A stretch of 64,000 nucleotides of DNA from NCBI GenBank assembly GCA_965644315.1, contig CBFFRQ010000031.1:248001-312000 (forward strand), read 5' to 3'. A model generated the notes under the pieces. The model saw only the letters and a list, made by a program, of their open reading frames with translations. It had not been told where the DNA came from and made no database searches. A program made the translations under genes and the position numbers. Source of the DNA: Caecitellus pseudoparvulus (lineage: Eukaryota > Protista > Bigyra: Bicosoecida). Shown here piece by piece: positions 36,401 to 49,319 of this stretch (position 1 is the stretch's first letter; each line of letters opens with the position of its first letter).

Positions 36401-37989
36401 GGATGCCTGAGGCGTCCAGCATGGTGGAGGTGCTGGGTGAATTTGTCCCGGGCTTCAGGTCAGCGGAGGTGCCGGAGCACCCTGGCAAGCAGCTCACAAT
36501 CGTCGTGGCAGTGGTGGAGCCCCAGGACGTGCCCGACCTGGACACCATCACCACGTCCCCCGCATCCCGGGCGGGCGCTGAGAGCACCGCCCTAGCAGCA
36601 GAAGCGGGGGATGCCAAGGACTCCTCTGTGGCTGGCCGGGAGACGTGGGCGTCGTCCCCGCCCCGGCATCCGCGTGGCCGCGGCACGCCACTGGGCAGCC
36701 GCATGAACGTGTCCGTGCGGCGAGGCAGTGCCGTCATTCTGACCCCTATGTCCGCCTCAGAGATGGGGGTGGATGTGGCCAGCGTCAGCAGCAAGAGCAG
36801 CGCGCCAGGCACTGGGGAGGGTGAGGAGGCGGGTGAGGACAGCTCCAGTGCCGCTGTGAGTGGGCGAGATGCGAGTCCGTCCCCCGCTGAGCCCCCCTTT
36901 GGCGGCGCGTCACCCCCCCCGAAGGGCCAGAGGGCAGGCAGCCTGGACACGTCTGCCGCGGCGGGCATTGCCGCCAGCAGCGCAGCTGGTGCGCCACCGG
37001 GGGGTGAGGGCGCGCCACCACCGGCTGCCACTCCTGGCAAGGGACACCGGGCCAGCATGCCAGCGCTGTCCGCTGGCCGCCAGCGCCTGCTGCCGGCGTC
37101 ACCGTCAGCCAGCGTGGGGGGCATGTCGCCTGTTCGGCGGGGCAGCAGCATGGGGCGCCGCCCCAGCAGCATCCGGCGCACCACCACCAGCATGTCCCAC
37201 GGGCACAACCCACACGTGCTGAGCCGCCTGGCGGACAATGCGCTGGCGGCGTTTTTGAAGATGATGGTGGACATCCACAACTCGAATGAGCGGGGGCCCC
37301 TGAACAAGTACCGGCACGACCCCCGCATCATCGCCCGTATGGGGGAGGGGTACGGTGTGCGCATGGGGTATGGGCTGCACATTGGCTGGGCCATCGAGGG
37401 CGCCATCGGCTCCGCCTACAAGGTGGACGCGTCGTACTTGAGCCCCAACGTGAACCTGGCCTCGCGCCTGGAGGCGGCCACCAAGCAGTACGGCGTGCCG
37501 CTGCTCATCTCCCGGGAGTTCGCGCAGGAGCTGTCTCCCGCGGCGCAGAAGTACCTGCGCCTGCTGGACCGCGTGACAGTGAAGGGCAGCAAGCACCCCA
37601 TGGAGCTGTACACCTTCGACGTCTCCTTCATCCCCGAGCAGTTCGGCGACGCCCAGCACAACATCGAGCCCCGCACAGCCAAGGAGCGCAAGGCGCTGAA
37701 GACCGCCCCCGAGCCGCCCATCCATGTGGACTTCGCCAGTGACCCTGCTGTCCTGGCGCTGCAGGCGGGCTTGCCCGACGACTTCTTCGAGTGCTTCGAG
37801 GCAGGCGTGCAGGCGTACCTGGAGGGGGACTGGCCCACCTCCCGGCGCCACCTGCAGGAGGTGCTGGACCACTGGAAGCCGGAGGATGGCCCCAGCAAGA
37901 CGCTGCTGCGGGTGATGGAGCGCATGGGGCAGCCCAATGGCGCCGCGCCCGCTGACTGGCAGGGCTTCCGCGCGCTCACTGAGAAGTAG
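33408..37989 (+). CDS. Class III adenylyl cyclase with N-terminal ion-channel/voltage-sensor-like TM domain (intron 33871-34150)
   Basis: TM helices with S4-like RAGRAARAGTRAGRVVRIVRLIRLVRIVK; FCDIRQFT; NKNIGDA; GLHIGWAIEGAIGSAYKVDASYLSPNVNLASRLE; VTVKG. Confidence 0.9.
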
Positions 37990-38118
37990 AGCGCCGGCGG
38001 GAGCGGGGGGTGCACGCGGCGTGCGCCTGCTGCCCCTCCGCACCGCCTCTCGTCCATCGCTGTCTCTCTCTTTGGCTGCGCCAGGCACGAGCGTTGCAAT
38101 GCAGGTGCGCCAGGCCCG

Positions 38119-38795
38119 TCATTCGTGCTGTAGGAGGGCCAACCGTCTGCCTCCCAGCACCTTGTTCACCTCATCCACGGCAGCACGCGGGTTCACCGGT
38201 GGCAGGGGCGTGCAGGGGAGCCCGTCCAGGCCCCCTGCAGCCTCCAGCGTCGCGAGGAGGGTGTCCGGGGTCGCCATGGCAGCATGCCCACCTGCTTGCA
38301 TGGCCTCTGCAAGTTCGTCTTGGTGGTTGTCCATGAGGCCTTCGTTCACCACCACCACGAGCTTCTTCTTGGCACGCAAGCTTTCAAAGATGGACCCGGC
38401 GCCTGCGGAAAATGAGGTCGCCTCGTGCATCATCCCGCAAGCTGCACAGGCCTGCGTCCGCGAGGCACCGCACCTGCGTGGCTGATGACCATGTCTGCCG
38501 ACTCCAAGTAATTGGCGATGGAGGGGCGCAATCGAAACGTCTCGAATTCAATGCCTCCCAGAGTGTACGTGCCTTCCCCTTCGCTGGACAGGACACAGCC
38601 CGGCGGCGTCGCGCCCTTGCCCAGCTGGCAGGTGATGCCCGTCACGCCATACGACTCCCGCAGCAGGCGCAGCATGGCATCACTGTGCAGTGCGGTGACC
38701 AGGGCATCGAACTTCGTCGTGCCCACCGTCACAAACACGGTTGTACCAGCACTAGGTGCGTTGGCATTGTCCACAGTGGGTGGAGCAGCCGCCAT
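38119..38795 (-). CDS. ALG13: UDP-GlcNAc transferase subunit ALG13 (1 intron)
   Basis: VFVTVGTTKFDAL; ADMVISHA|GAGSIFESL; VVVNEGLMDNHQDELA. Confidence 0.93.
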
Positions 38796-38977
38796 GGCAG
38801 TGCAAATCGAAAACGTAGATAAACTGTTGAGTGCACCTCCCTATCAGTGCTCGTGACGGGGCCGACGCGGTGCGGAGGGCGAGCATTTTGCCCAGCGAAT
38901 CCAGTTGAGTGTGGAGGCCATCTCGGCGGTTGGCCCCGGCAGCAGCGGCCAGGGCAGACCAGGCGAGGCACAGCAGC

Positions 38978-41900
38978 ATGCAAGATGAAGCGGCGACGCC
39001 ACGGTCACTGTTGACGGTAGCCATAGATGCGTCGGTTTCGGCGTTCACTCCGTACGCCGAGGAAGGTGGAGGGAAGGCGCAGCTGCCCATTCGCCTGGCG
39101 GTGCAGGCCGCCTCCAAGGTCTTGCTTGCGGCTGCAGATGAAGCGGCATGGAAAGTGCAGTGTATCGCTGGAATGGGTGGCACTCACTTCTGCATGCAGC
39201 GCCTGTTGGGGCCTGTGGACCTGAATCCAGACACAGTGCGGCCAGTGTTGGCGAGGGTGAGTCCAATTTCCGCACAGAGCTCCCCGCCTCCTCCTGCCCA
39301 CAGCACGCCCTGGCCTTGCACAGCTTGCTGGCGGGCTGCGGGACCTCGAGAGGCGAGAGTCAAGGCACCTGTCCAGCCGAGTGGGCCGGTCCACTTCGCC
39401 CTCCGCAGCCGCGAAGCAGAGCCGGCACAACTCAGGCTCCCCGCTCATGGACATGGTGTCGCTGGTGACGGGCACTGGGCTCACCGACGACCCCAGCACA
39501 GCCCAAGCACGGCACACCATCGTGGTGCTGACAGACGGCACCAACGGTGTGGCATGGTGGCAGGGCCGCATCAACGCGGCGGCTCTCAGCGCCCTCGGCG
39601 TCGCGACGCCCAACCCGGATGCTCGCACACGCATGGGGCACGATGTCCTGAGCTCTCTGCAAGCGGCTGCCGTGACGGTGAACGTCGTCATCTGCCACCC
39701 CCTCCTGCCCTCCCTGGGGCGCGTGTCCACCACCCTCGCCACACCTGCGCTGTCTGCATGGCCGCTGGGCTACCACGTCGACACCACCGGCCTGCACATG
39801 CTGTCCCACGCATCTGGGGGCCGCTGCAGCGTGGCGCGGGACGTCATCTCCGCATCAGGGCCCCACCTGCGCCAGTGGCTGGTGCCAGGCGCCGCCAGTG
39901 CCGCCGTGCTGCCCCAAATGGCGCTCAGCGTGGCCAGCTCCAGCGACACCACGTGCACTGCAGTGTACCTGCACGCCCACACCCTGCACTGCCGCCCCCT
40001 GCAGCTGCTGGCGCTGCGCCTGCGCAAGGGCTTCCAACTCATTGCCTTCACTGATGCAGCGGCGGCGGAGTGGCGAGCGCGGCTGCAGGCACTGCCCCAG
40101 TCCTCGCGCCACCCACAAGTGCTGCCTCGAGTGGCGTGGCATGCCGCGCTGCACTCCTGCCACCAGCTGGCTGAAGCAGAGGGCGGGCACCGCCCGGCCT
40201 TCCCAGGCCTGACGTTTGCCCTGCCGTGGACGCAGCACTTGTGGTTGGCCTGCCTTGTGCTCATCCCCGAGGGGCGAGGTGGGCTGGCCGACACCCACGC
40301 CTGCCGGGTGCTGTGGTTTGTCGTGGGACCGGTGGGTTGGGCACATGCCCTGGCGTCGCACTTCACGCTGCATGGGGGGCGGCAGGGAGAGGGCAGTGCG
40401 CCCTCCTCCTCCCCTCGCGCATCCCCCGCCCCCTCCCCAGCCACCCCGCCTGCCGGCTCCGCTGTGCCCTCCCACCCCCTCACCCGGCAATGGCGCAGCG
40501 CGGAGGAGGCACACCAGACACGGCGCCGAGCCCTGCAGGCACGCTTCTCCAAGGCCGTGCAGAGCACCGCCGCGCCGGAGGGCAGCATCGCAGACCTGGA
40601 GCTGCGTGCGCTGTACGACTTTGCCCGCAGCTCCCACACGGTGGACCGCATGGCCGTGGCGCTGGCGGCGGCACACGCGGCAGGCGAGGGGACAGCACCA
40701 CAGCCGCCAGCGCAGGGCGTGGCCCTGGCCAAGGAGCCCCCCCACGCCACACACGTGACTGTCGCCAGTGCCGTGGCGTGCATGGGCGGCGACGACATTC
40801 GCTCCTTCGCCACGCTGCTGCAGCAGGACGTGTGCTTGGCGCCACCGCCTCCGCCCGCCGCCCACTGCCTCGGCAAGCACGTGCCTTGCCTGGACCTGGC
40901 CCACTGGCGGCATGCACTGCGGGAGCTGGGCTGGCACCCCCTGCCTGGCACGCAGCAGGCCGAGGGGGATGCAGCAGCCTGCCGCCTGCCCAACCGCGTG
41001 GCAGCGTTCACGGCCGGCGTGGTCGCCCGGCTGCCAGAGGCAGGGGTGGGGGAGGTCCTGCACGGCGTCAGCGTCGCAACGGTGTGGCACGTGACCAGCC
41101 ACCTCCTGCGCTTGCACATCATGGTGCACCTGCTGCCCACCTCCATGGCCACGGCCCTCTGCACGTTCGCGCTGGGGGCGCGGGTGGCGGCCGCCCTCGC
41201 CTCGAACATGGCGCCCTGCCTGGCCGTGCCACCACGTGGGGACGCCCCACCCTTCACCCCGCGGGCCCTGCCGGACAGCGTGGCGGCCCTCGTGCCTCTC
41301 TCCGTGCAGGCCGCGACGCTGAAAGCGGAGGGCGTGGAGGCAGGCTCTAGCCTGCACCTGCTGCACCGAGGCCTGGCGCCTGACCTCTCCCTGCTGTCCA
41401 AGCACAATGCCTGGCTGCGCAGCTGGCGGGTGACGCTGCCGACACTGCCGGCAGCACAGGGCCTGGTCAGTGCCTGGGCACGCGCCTTGCACGCACAGCA
41501 GCCCCAGCTCCTGCCGGTGTCCCAGGCGCCAGCGACAGACGGTGGGGGCATGGTGGCGGCGGGCTTCGCCTTGCCACTCGCCACGGCTCGGGGGGTGGAG
41601 GTGTTTGCACTCGTGTGGATCCAGGCGCGCAGTCGCAGTCCTGGCGCCTCAGCTTCCCTCTCCCTCTTCCTCTCGGCAACTGAGGAGCCCCTCGTGCCTG
41701 GGCTGCTGGGGGACGGCACGCCCCAGGAGCCGCTGCCCTCCCGAGCTGCCTTCCAGTGCATGGCGCAGACGCTCTTCCACTGGGGTCTGCTGCGGTGCAG
41801 AGCATCCGTGCAGGGCCAGTGGATGGCGGCAGCTGCCGCGGCCTGCCACACCCCCCTCACAGCCATGCCCTCTTGCTCCCTGCTGGACAACGGGCAAGCG

Positions 41901-44900
41901 GCGTTCGGCACCGCCGACCTCCACGCACAGCCCCAGTCCGTGCAAGCGTTGCTGAGCGATCTGTCCACGCCCGCCAAGCACTTGGGCCTGGGCGGGGAGT
42001 GGGGGGCGTCCCTGGACATGCTGCTTGCAGCTCAGAAGGCGTGGGTGGGGCCCAGTGTGTCAGATGAACCCGCCCCGCTGGTGCTCCTGCACGGCGGCAG
42101 CGCGACGTCATTCACCCCCACCTCCACGCCCAGCCCCGACCGCCACATGCTTGTGTGTGAACTGCCCCTGCTCCTGCAGTTCCACGGCAGTGACCGGCGC
42201 CAGCTGCCCCTCTTGCTGCCAGCCGTGGACACGGAGGTGTCCAGCAGCGCCTCGGGCCCTGGCCCGGTAGAAGGCGCCAACCTGTGCATTGTGCAAGCTC
42301 TTATGCGGCACTTGGATGGCATGGGCACGCGTGGCGCGGTGGCCCCCCTGTCGAGCACCCATGCGCTGCCTGATGCGGCAGGCATCGCCGCCGCTGCCGC
42401 CGCTGCTGTGGGACCCACGGGCACTGCGAAGCAGCTGGCGCTGCACCTGCGGCATGTCGTGTGGCTGCAGGAGTTTGCAGGCGGGCAGGGCGTGTCTGCG
42501 TTGTGCTTGCACATCCTGAAGAGCGACCACGGGCGCAGCTTGGTAGTGTCAGCCATCCTCTGCCGTACGCCAAGTCTCGAAGCTGGCCAGGCACACCTCG
42601 CAAGCCTGCATGCGTCTGTCGAGGGGGCTTTCCGAGCTGAGCGCGCCGCAGCGGTGCAGCTGCGGCTGCTGGCTCACTCGCACAGCGCACAGGGGGCCAT
42701 GCAGCCTGTCGCAGCCGCCGACGTCGCCGGGACGCTGCACACAGCAGTGGACGACGGCGTGCACTCGCACGTCCTGCTGCCGTTGGATGGCATGGTGGCC
42801 GCCCTGCAGCTGGGCCTGCTGGGCCTGGGTCAGGCCGGCGTGCCGGAGCACGGGCTGCAAGCGCTGCTGACGCGCTGTGCCTCCTCGCTGCAGCAGCGCC
42901 TGGGTGATGCTCTGCTGGATGTGAACTGCAAGCAGTTGATGCTGGGGGACAGCACCGGTGCTGGGGTGTGGGCAGTGGGGCTGCTGCGCCCGCCATTGCC
43001 TGGCAGCTCAGCCGCACTGGAGCCTGGCTTCTTGCGCTTCCAGCTTCCGTGGCAGGTCGTGTCTTCGCCTCTTGGTATTCAGCACGATCGGTTTGGCGCA
43101 TGCGGGTGGGAGGGCGCGGCAGCAGGGCACAGCACACTGCCCCTGGCCCTGGCTGCCGTGCAGTGCGTTGTGCTGCCCCGTGTGTCACCTGGCGACCCCC
43201 GCCCCGAGCCCGGGGTTGGGGCCACTGAGGTGGTCGACATGCAGTTCGAGACCGCTTTCGTGACGGCCCTGCTGGAGTCGGCGTCATGTGACACGTTAGC
43301 TGGTGCCATGGACACGTGGAGGCGGTGGCGCCAGCAGGGGGACCGCGTGTCGCTGGCGCTGCACCTGACGACTGTCTCGCTGCAGCACTTGAAGTGCACT
43401 GATGCCCAGCTGGCGCAGGTGCTGCTGCAGCAGTGCACACACCTGCAGCGTGCGTTGCTGGGAGCTTGGGCAGATTGCCATTGGGCAGTCGCTCTCGCGG
43501 CCCACGCAGCTCGCCCGGCGCCCCCACCGCGCACGTCCCTGCTGCAGGACCCCCTGCGTTTTGCGCGCCTGCCACAGCTGTGCGCCGCCATGGCAGGGCT
43601 GGACCGCCGTCAGCGCCCGGTTGTCTTCGATGTCCCCATCTGGCTGCTGTCCCCCGTGCAGCAGGCTGGCCAGCTCCTGCCCAGCCTGGCAGGCCTGTCC
43701 CCTGTGCAAGTCCGGCGCGCCATCAGCCGGGCGCTGTCCCTGGCGCTGTGGCAGCAGCTGACGGGGACGCTCGTGCACACACGGGAGTGGAGGCTGCAGT
43801 GCTTCGCACCCCCCCTGCAGGTGCTGCCCAGCGCTCCTCCACCCATGCCCAGCGTGTTGGAGGCCTGCCCAGTGTTTGCTCTGTCCCACGCTTCGTCACC
43901 CTGCATCTTGCAGGTGCTGCCTCCTGCCGCCTCCCTGGAACACCACATCACCCTGGTGCAGCGTGGCGGGGGAGAGGTGCCCCCCACCACGCCCAGCGCA
44001 GCGGGTTCCACGCCCCGCTCGTCAGCCGGGACGCAAGCACCCGCCGTGGCGAGGGATGCAGACACTGCTGGCAGTGTCACACTCAGCGTGCCGGATCCCA
44101 ATGCCGCCGGCGCAGGCAAAGCGCACACTGCCAGCAGCAGTGGCGACCCAGCCCAGCCACTTCGGGCGCGAGGGCGCCCCAGCCAACGCAGGTGGGTGCG
44201 GCAACGACGTGTGGCGCGGCCAGCGCCGCCGCCTGCTGGCGAGGCCCAGCCTGGCACGGCAGTGCCCGAAAGCGCCCCAGCCGCCGCCGAGCTGCCGTCT
44301 AATGTCGTCATTGTGCACGAGGAAGCGGCAGACGAACCGCCGGGGCTAAAACGCGTGGACAGCCTGGGCCGGTGGAGCACGCTGTCCGTCGCGTCCACGC
44401 CGCTGCCTGATGGGCCTAGCGACGAAGCCTGCGAGGGCCCCAGCGCCCCCGTGGCAGACCCACTGGCCCTCGTCTGGCCACCCAAGCAGCATGCCTTGTC
44501 AGATGCCTTCGCTCCCATCACTGCCAGTGGCCCCTCGCGCTGGGCCGTGCCCAGCTGCTTGCCCCTGGTGGTGCGTGTCACGGTGCAGAGCGCGCCCGGC
44601 GCGTCTGTGGACGCCGTCTTGGACCTTGTGGCGCGCCAGCTGGAGACGCTGGCAAGCCTGGCCAATGCTGGCACACTGCTTGCACATGCCGCCAGCTCGC
44701 ACAAGCTGAACCCCCTCCTTGCGCCGCTGCCTGATCCGCAGCGGGGCCATGATCGGGTGCAGCTGGGTACCATCCTGCGGCCCCTGCCTGGCGCTGAGCT
44801 CGCAGCCGCCGCCAAGGCGTACGTGGCGACGGCGTCTTCAGTGCACTCCTGTCGCCGCCTGCAAGTGCAAGATGCCGTGGGGGCGGTCCTGCAGCCCTCC

Positions 44901-47900
44901 CCCTGGAAGCACCAGCCGCACAGCTCCATCGGACCGGCGGCGCCGGCTTGGCGCCTGGGGCAGCTGCTGCCGCCTCCCGTCGCAGCTGCCAGTTTGCCGC
45001 TGGCCCCCTATGCGCGCCTGCCGACTGACCCTGCCAAGATCTGTGCCAGCATCGCCCAGGACTGCCTCGTGCCCTTCCACCTTCACAACTGTGGCGGCGT
45101 GTACGTGTACCCCACCAACCCCTCCCGCGAGGAGCAGGGTGCCAGCCTCTGCCCCTGGGCTGCCCGCATCCTGACGGCGCTGGATGCTGCTGCTGAAAGC
45201 CGCCGTCTGAGCAAGGGCAGCACCTCGACGGGCCCATCACTGCGCCTGGCAGGCCAGGCGCTGCGAGGGTCGAGCGTGGACGGCTCCTCGTCCCCCGCGA
45301 CGCCAGAGGGGGCTGCTCTGCCTCGGTCAGCGCCAGGGGGGGGCTTTGGGGGCGACGATCCGGCCGTGCTGACACACTCCCTGTGGGGCAGGTCCCCCCC
45401 CTCCATGTGTGGAGCTGAGGTGTTCATGCTGTGCCTGACAGTGGTGCAGCATGACCAGCTGCTGCAAGTGCTGCAGGACAACCTGGCCGTGCAGCCTCCC
45501 AGTAGCCCCGGCTCTGGCAGCCCCACGGGGTCACACTTGCTCGTGACCATTCACGGCGTGAAGCCCCCTCCCCGAGAGACGGTGGACGGCATCTCACGCA
45601 TCCTGCGGCAGAAACTGGCCGAGTGGACCGGGGAAGTGCTATCCACAGCCCTCGTGCGAAATCCCCAGTTCAAGCTGACCATGGCAGATGTGGCGCTGCT
45701 GCTGCCCTGGACTCGGGCGCTGTCCCGGCAGGTAGCCCCGGCTTGGGTCGCCGCCAGCAGGTATGCCGCGACGCACGGCGACATGGCGTGCGTGGGGGAC
45801 AAGCCACTCATGTCCCCGCCCCCGGCTCCGCAGTCGGGGGACGTGCACGTGGCTTGGTCAGGCCGAGTGCAGCCTGCTGCCTGCTCCCTGCTCTGCGCTG
45901 ACCTGCACTGGGCGGACACGCTGACTTTGGCGCAGTACACGGCCTTTTTGCCTTTCATCGTCGACTCAGTGCAGCAGTTGCTGCTGCAAGTGAGTCTGAC
46001 TCAGGAGTGCCGGGCAGCCTTGTTGCAGGGGAGAAGGGGGGTGCCCCAGCCTGGGGCGACGTACAGCACTGCACACGCCGAGCACGCCGGCCACCCCGAC
46101 AGCAGCCATGGGAGTGCCATTTCCAGCCCCCGACTCTCCAGTCAAGCCGCTGCCGAGCGCACCGGGCCGGCTGTGTGCACACGTTCGCTCTTCGCCTTCG
46201 CACGGGAGCACTCCACGGCGACTGCTGTGGCGGCGGCGCCGCGTCTGGCGGCCACCACCATCCGATCCCTGAAAGTGCCCGGCGCAAAGGAGCAAGTGCA
46301 TGCTAAAATTGGCGGTGGCCTGGCCCTTGTGTCTGTGACGCTGGTGGTGCCACAGGCAGCCCACCAGCAGCGCGGGGCAGCCGATGGCAGAGACCCAGAC
46401 ACGGTGGCATTGAAGCACGCTTCGCAAGACCAAGCCTTGGCTTTGGCGAGACAGCTCTTCCACGACTGCATGGACTGCTCTCACCCAGACGAGTTGTGCA
46501 GTGCCTTTGCCAGCCACATTCTACCGGTGGCAGCCGCTGGCCGGGCCGGCAGCGCGGTGGAAGGAGCTTTCCTGCCAACGCTGGCCAGGCTGCCGAGCAG
46601 CTGCCCAGCATCCCCCCTCATGGTGTTACTGGAGGTGTGGAGCCCCATGAACAGTGAGGCGAGATGGAAGAACTCCTCAGCCTTGTTGGAGGCGGTGCAG
46701 GGGCAGGTACAGAGGGCATGGCGGGCGTGGGTGGCGTCCTGTGCGCCCATCCCCCACCCCACTGCCTCACCCAGCGCACTTCTGCAACCGGTAAGCCCCG
46801 GTGCAGCGACCAGCCCTGGCGTGCCCCCAGGCCCGGCCCATCGCTGGGCCTTGCAGCTGTGGCGGTATCTCTCCTCCTCCGCCAGCACAGCGCTGCCTCT
46901 GCCTCCTCCCGCTTATACCAGCACTGCTGTCGGCTGGTCCACGCAAGACATGAACCCACAGCAGTGGGCAAAGGTTCTGCAAAGCTCTGCGGGACCGACT
47001 GCCGAGTTGCAGCCAGCCCTGCGGAGTCCGAGCCTGGGTCGTGAGCCCTCCTCCTCCAGCGACATGGCGGTCCTCACCGCGTCAGACTTGACGCCTCTCG
47101 GCACAGCCCTGAGCTCTGTCTTTGCACTGGAGGGCGCAGCAGGGGATGCCAGCGTTGTGGCGGGCGCCTTGGCGCGAAGCCTCAGCGCTGACGGGGCCCT
47201 ACCTCCAGGAACAGTGCTGCAGGCAGTGCCAGCGGTTGCAGAGCCCCAGGAGGCACAGCCAGCCCCCCCGCCTCCCACATCGCCGACACGTCGCCAGAAC
47301 AGCGCCATGCGTCGCGGCCGGTTCAGCCAGGGCCGCGCCTTTCCACCTGGCATGGCAGCACCGCCCCCTACCAGTCGCAAGAGCCTGCCTCCCTCACAAG
47401 CGCTGCAGGCCACTGCAGATGGTAGCTGGGCGTGGGTCGTGCTGCGCCTGCAAAGCAGTGCTGCAGCAGGCGTGAATGGCCCCATGCGGGAAGACCTGCT
47501 GCAGGGCCAGTACGCAGTGATGTTGCTGCGGCACCTGAAGGAACGTGCCGCAGAGGCAAGGCTGGGGCCGGGCGAGGCCTCCCAGGCTACGGCAGCGGGG
47601 CTGGCCTCCACGCCAGACAGCCACGGTGGCGTGTTGGGCGGCGATTCCCCGACGCCAGGGTCCCTCGAGATGTGCCCGCCTGCTGCAGGGGCGTTGTCCC
47701 CCGCCACCCCCCTGCAGCGCACGACCAGCTCCGTGTCTGCGGGGAGGCTGGGCGATCGGCAGCACGGTTCAGACACTGCATTGATGTCCCCCATCCGAGG
47801 CTCCAGTGTCGGTGGGGACATTTCCTTCACGATGGGGGGCACACCGCGCGCAGATTCCCCCGGCTCTAGCAGCGCCGCATCGGGGGGGGATGTGGGGCAG

Positions 47901-48830
47901 GCACCCACCTCCACTTTCGCGCCGGGGTCGGGCGACATGCCCATGCACCTCGCCACAGCAGAACGCCACGTCACGCCGCCCGACATTTCAGACCTGCTGT
48001 CCCCCGTCGCGGCGGCGAGCTTCGCTGCTCGGGCGCTGTTGCGGTGCGCTGCAGGCACGGCTGGGCGCTCCCTGGCCAAGTGCATGGTGGGGGCACGCCT
48101 GGCGCACAGGCTGCAGGTGCTGCCCTCCCAAGTGGATCCCTTGCCCCACGTGGATGTCATGACTGACGGGCGGTATCTGCACGGCGCCCTGCGCTCCAGC
48201 GTCAGCCTGCCGCTGCCCGGCGACTCAGCGGGGGATGCGGCCCAGGCGTCCGTCACGTCTCCCCTGGGGGGCGTGGCTTCTCCCACGGCCGCCTCAGAGC
48301 GGTACTCAGATAGCGGGGCCACCGCAGACGCCGCCGGGACCCGACTTGTGTGGCGGATCTCCTTCTCAGAGCCACCGTGCTTCACGGCTGAGTTGCTGCG
48401 GGCGGCAGCAGAGGGGGGCTTGCTGGCAGCAACACACTTGCCGGGGCAGGCCACACCCTTTCGGGCATCCCACTGGGCCACCCTCGCGCCGCTGCTGCAG
48501 GTGTCCTTGGTTGCCGCCTGGCACACAGGCGCGCCCCTGCCCCCGCCCAAGGAGACCTCCTCCGACTCTCTGCCTGGTGCCGCGGAGGATGACGGCGTGG
48601 CAGACGCGGCAGGTGTCGTGACTCGCTCGTGGCACGGTGAATTGCTGCCGTTGCCCGTGGCGGCCCTGTGGTGCCGCGAGGGCCTGCTCCTGGCAGGCGT
48701 TGAGCCACCCTCTTCACAGGAGAGCAAGTGCTCCGTGCACGTCCTGGCTAGCTCGGGGTGCCCTGGGTCAGTGTTGCTGCATGTGCTCAGCGCCCTGCGC
48801 CCGGGTGAGGTGGTGTTGCCGTTGGAGTAA
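38978..48830 (+). CDS. SZT2: Giant (~3260 aa) SZT2-like (KICSTOR scaffold) protein (intron 39258-39323)
   Basis: 9.4-kb open exon. vWA-like N-terminus (LTVAIDASVS; IVVLTDG). LLALRLRKGF, PFHLHNCGGVYVY and LVRNPQFKLTMADVALL resemble conserved SZT2 blocks, and the size matches. Confidence 0.62.
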
Positions 48831-48867
48831 GGGGAAAGCTTGTGCACGCGGGAAGCGGCGGTTCAGC

Positions 48868-49319
48868 TCAAGCCCAGGCTTTGGTGAGGGAGTAGAAGAG
48901 CTGCAGCTGCCCGGACACTTGGAAGTTGCGGTGCAGGTCCCCCACGCTTTGGTGTGCTGAGGGGATGAAGGACGAATTCACGTAGACGAACTGCAAGGGG
49001 CGTGCACGTTCGCGTCGTGTCGCAGTGCCTCACGACAGCCAACGGCCAGCATGAACATACCAGATCAGCTTCATCACCCAACTTCAACATCTTTCGCAGG
49101 AAACTCGCCACCTGCGGCTCCGCAGAGTGCGGAAGTTGATACCCACCCCGCCTTTTGCGTTGCGGCAGACAGCAGCGGCCTTCGCACCTTTCCGAAGGTC
49201 TCTTTTGGGTTAACATTGAAGCCGTTCTTCTTCATGATTGGAGCGCCGCCCACTGCTTTGAACATCACCTTGACGGCGGCTGGCTTGGCGGCTGGCTTGG
49301 CGGCTGCTGCTGCTGCCAT
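48868..49319 (-). CDS. ATG12: Ubiquitin-like autophagy protein ATG12 (introns 49112-49187, 48991-49060); C-terminus AWA
   Basis: VKVMFKAVGGAPIMKKNGFNVNPKETFGK|VASFLRKMLKLGDEADL|FVYVNSSFIPSAHQSVGDLHRNFQVSGQLQLFYSLTKAWA*. Confidence 0.92.

Noticed and set aside
37345-37375. GYG motifs (GEGYGVRMGYGLH) as a K+ channel selectivity filter in the cyclase
   Set aside because: They lie within the soluble cyclase core (the GxGLHxG strand) with no TxGYG pore-helix context.
11866-48847. Many long antisense or alternative-frame ORFs (e.g. 11866-13893, 27499-29163, 35259-37406, 39770-42019, 46913-48847)
   Set aside because: Shadow ORFs expected opposite GC-rich coding sequence; no recognisable motifs.
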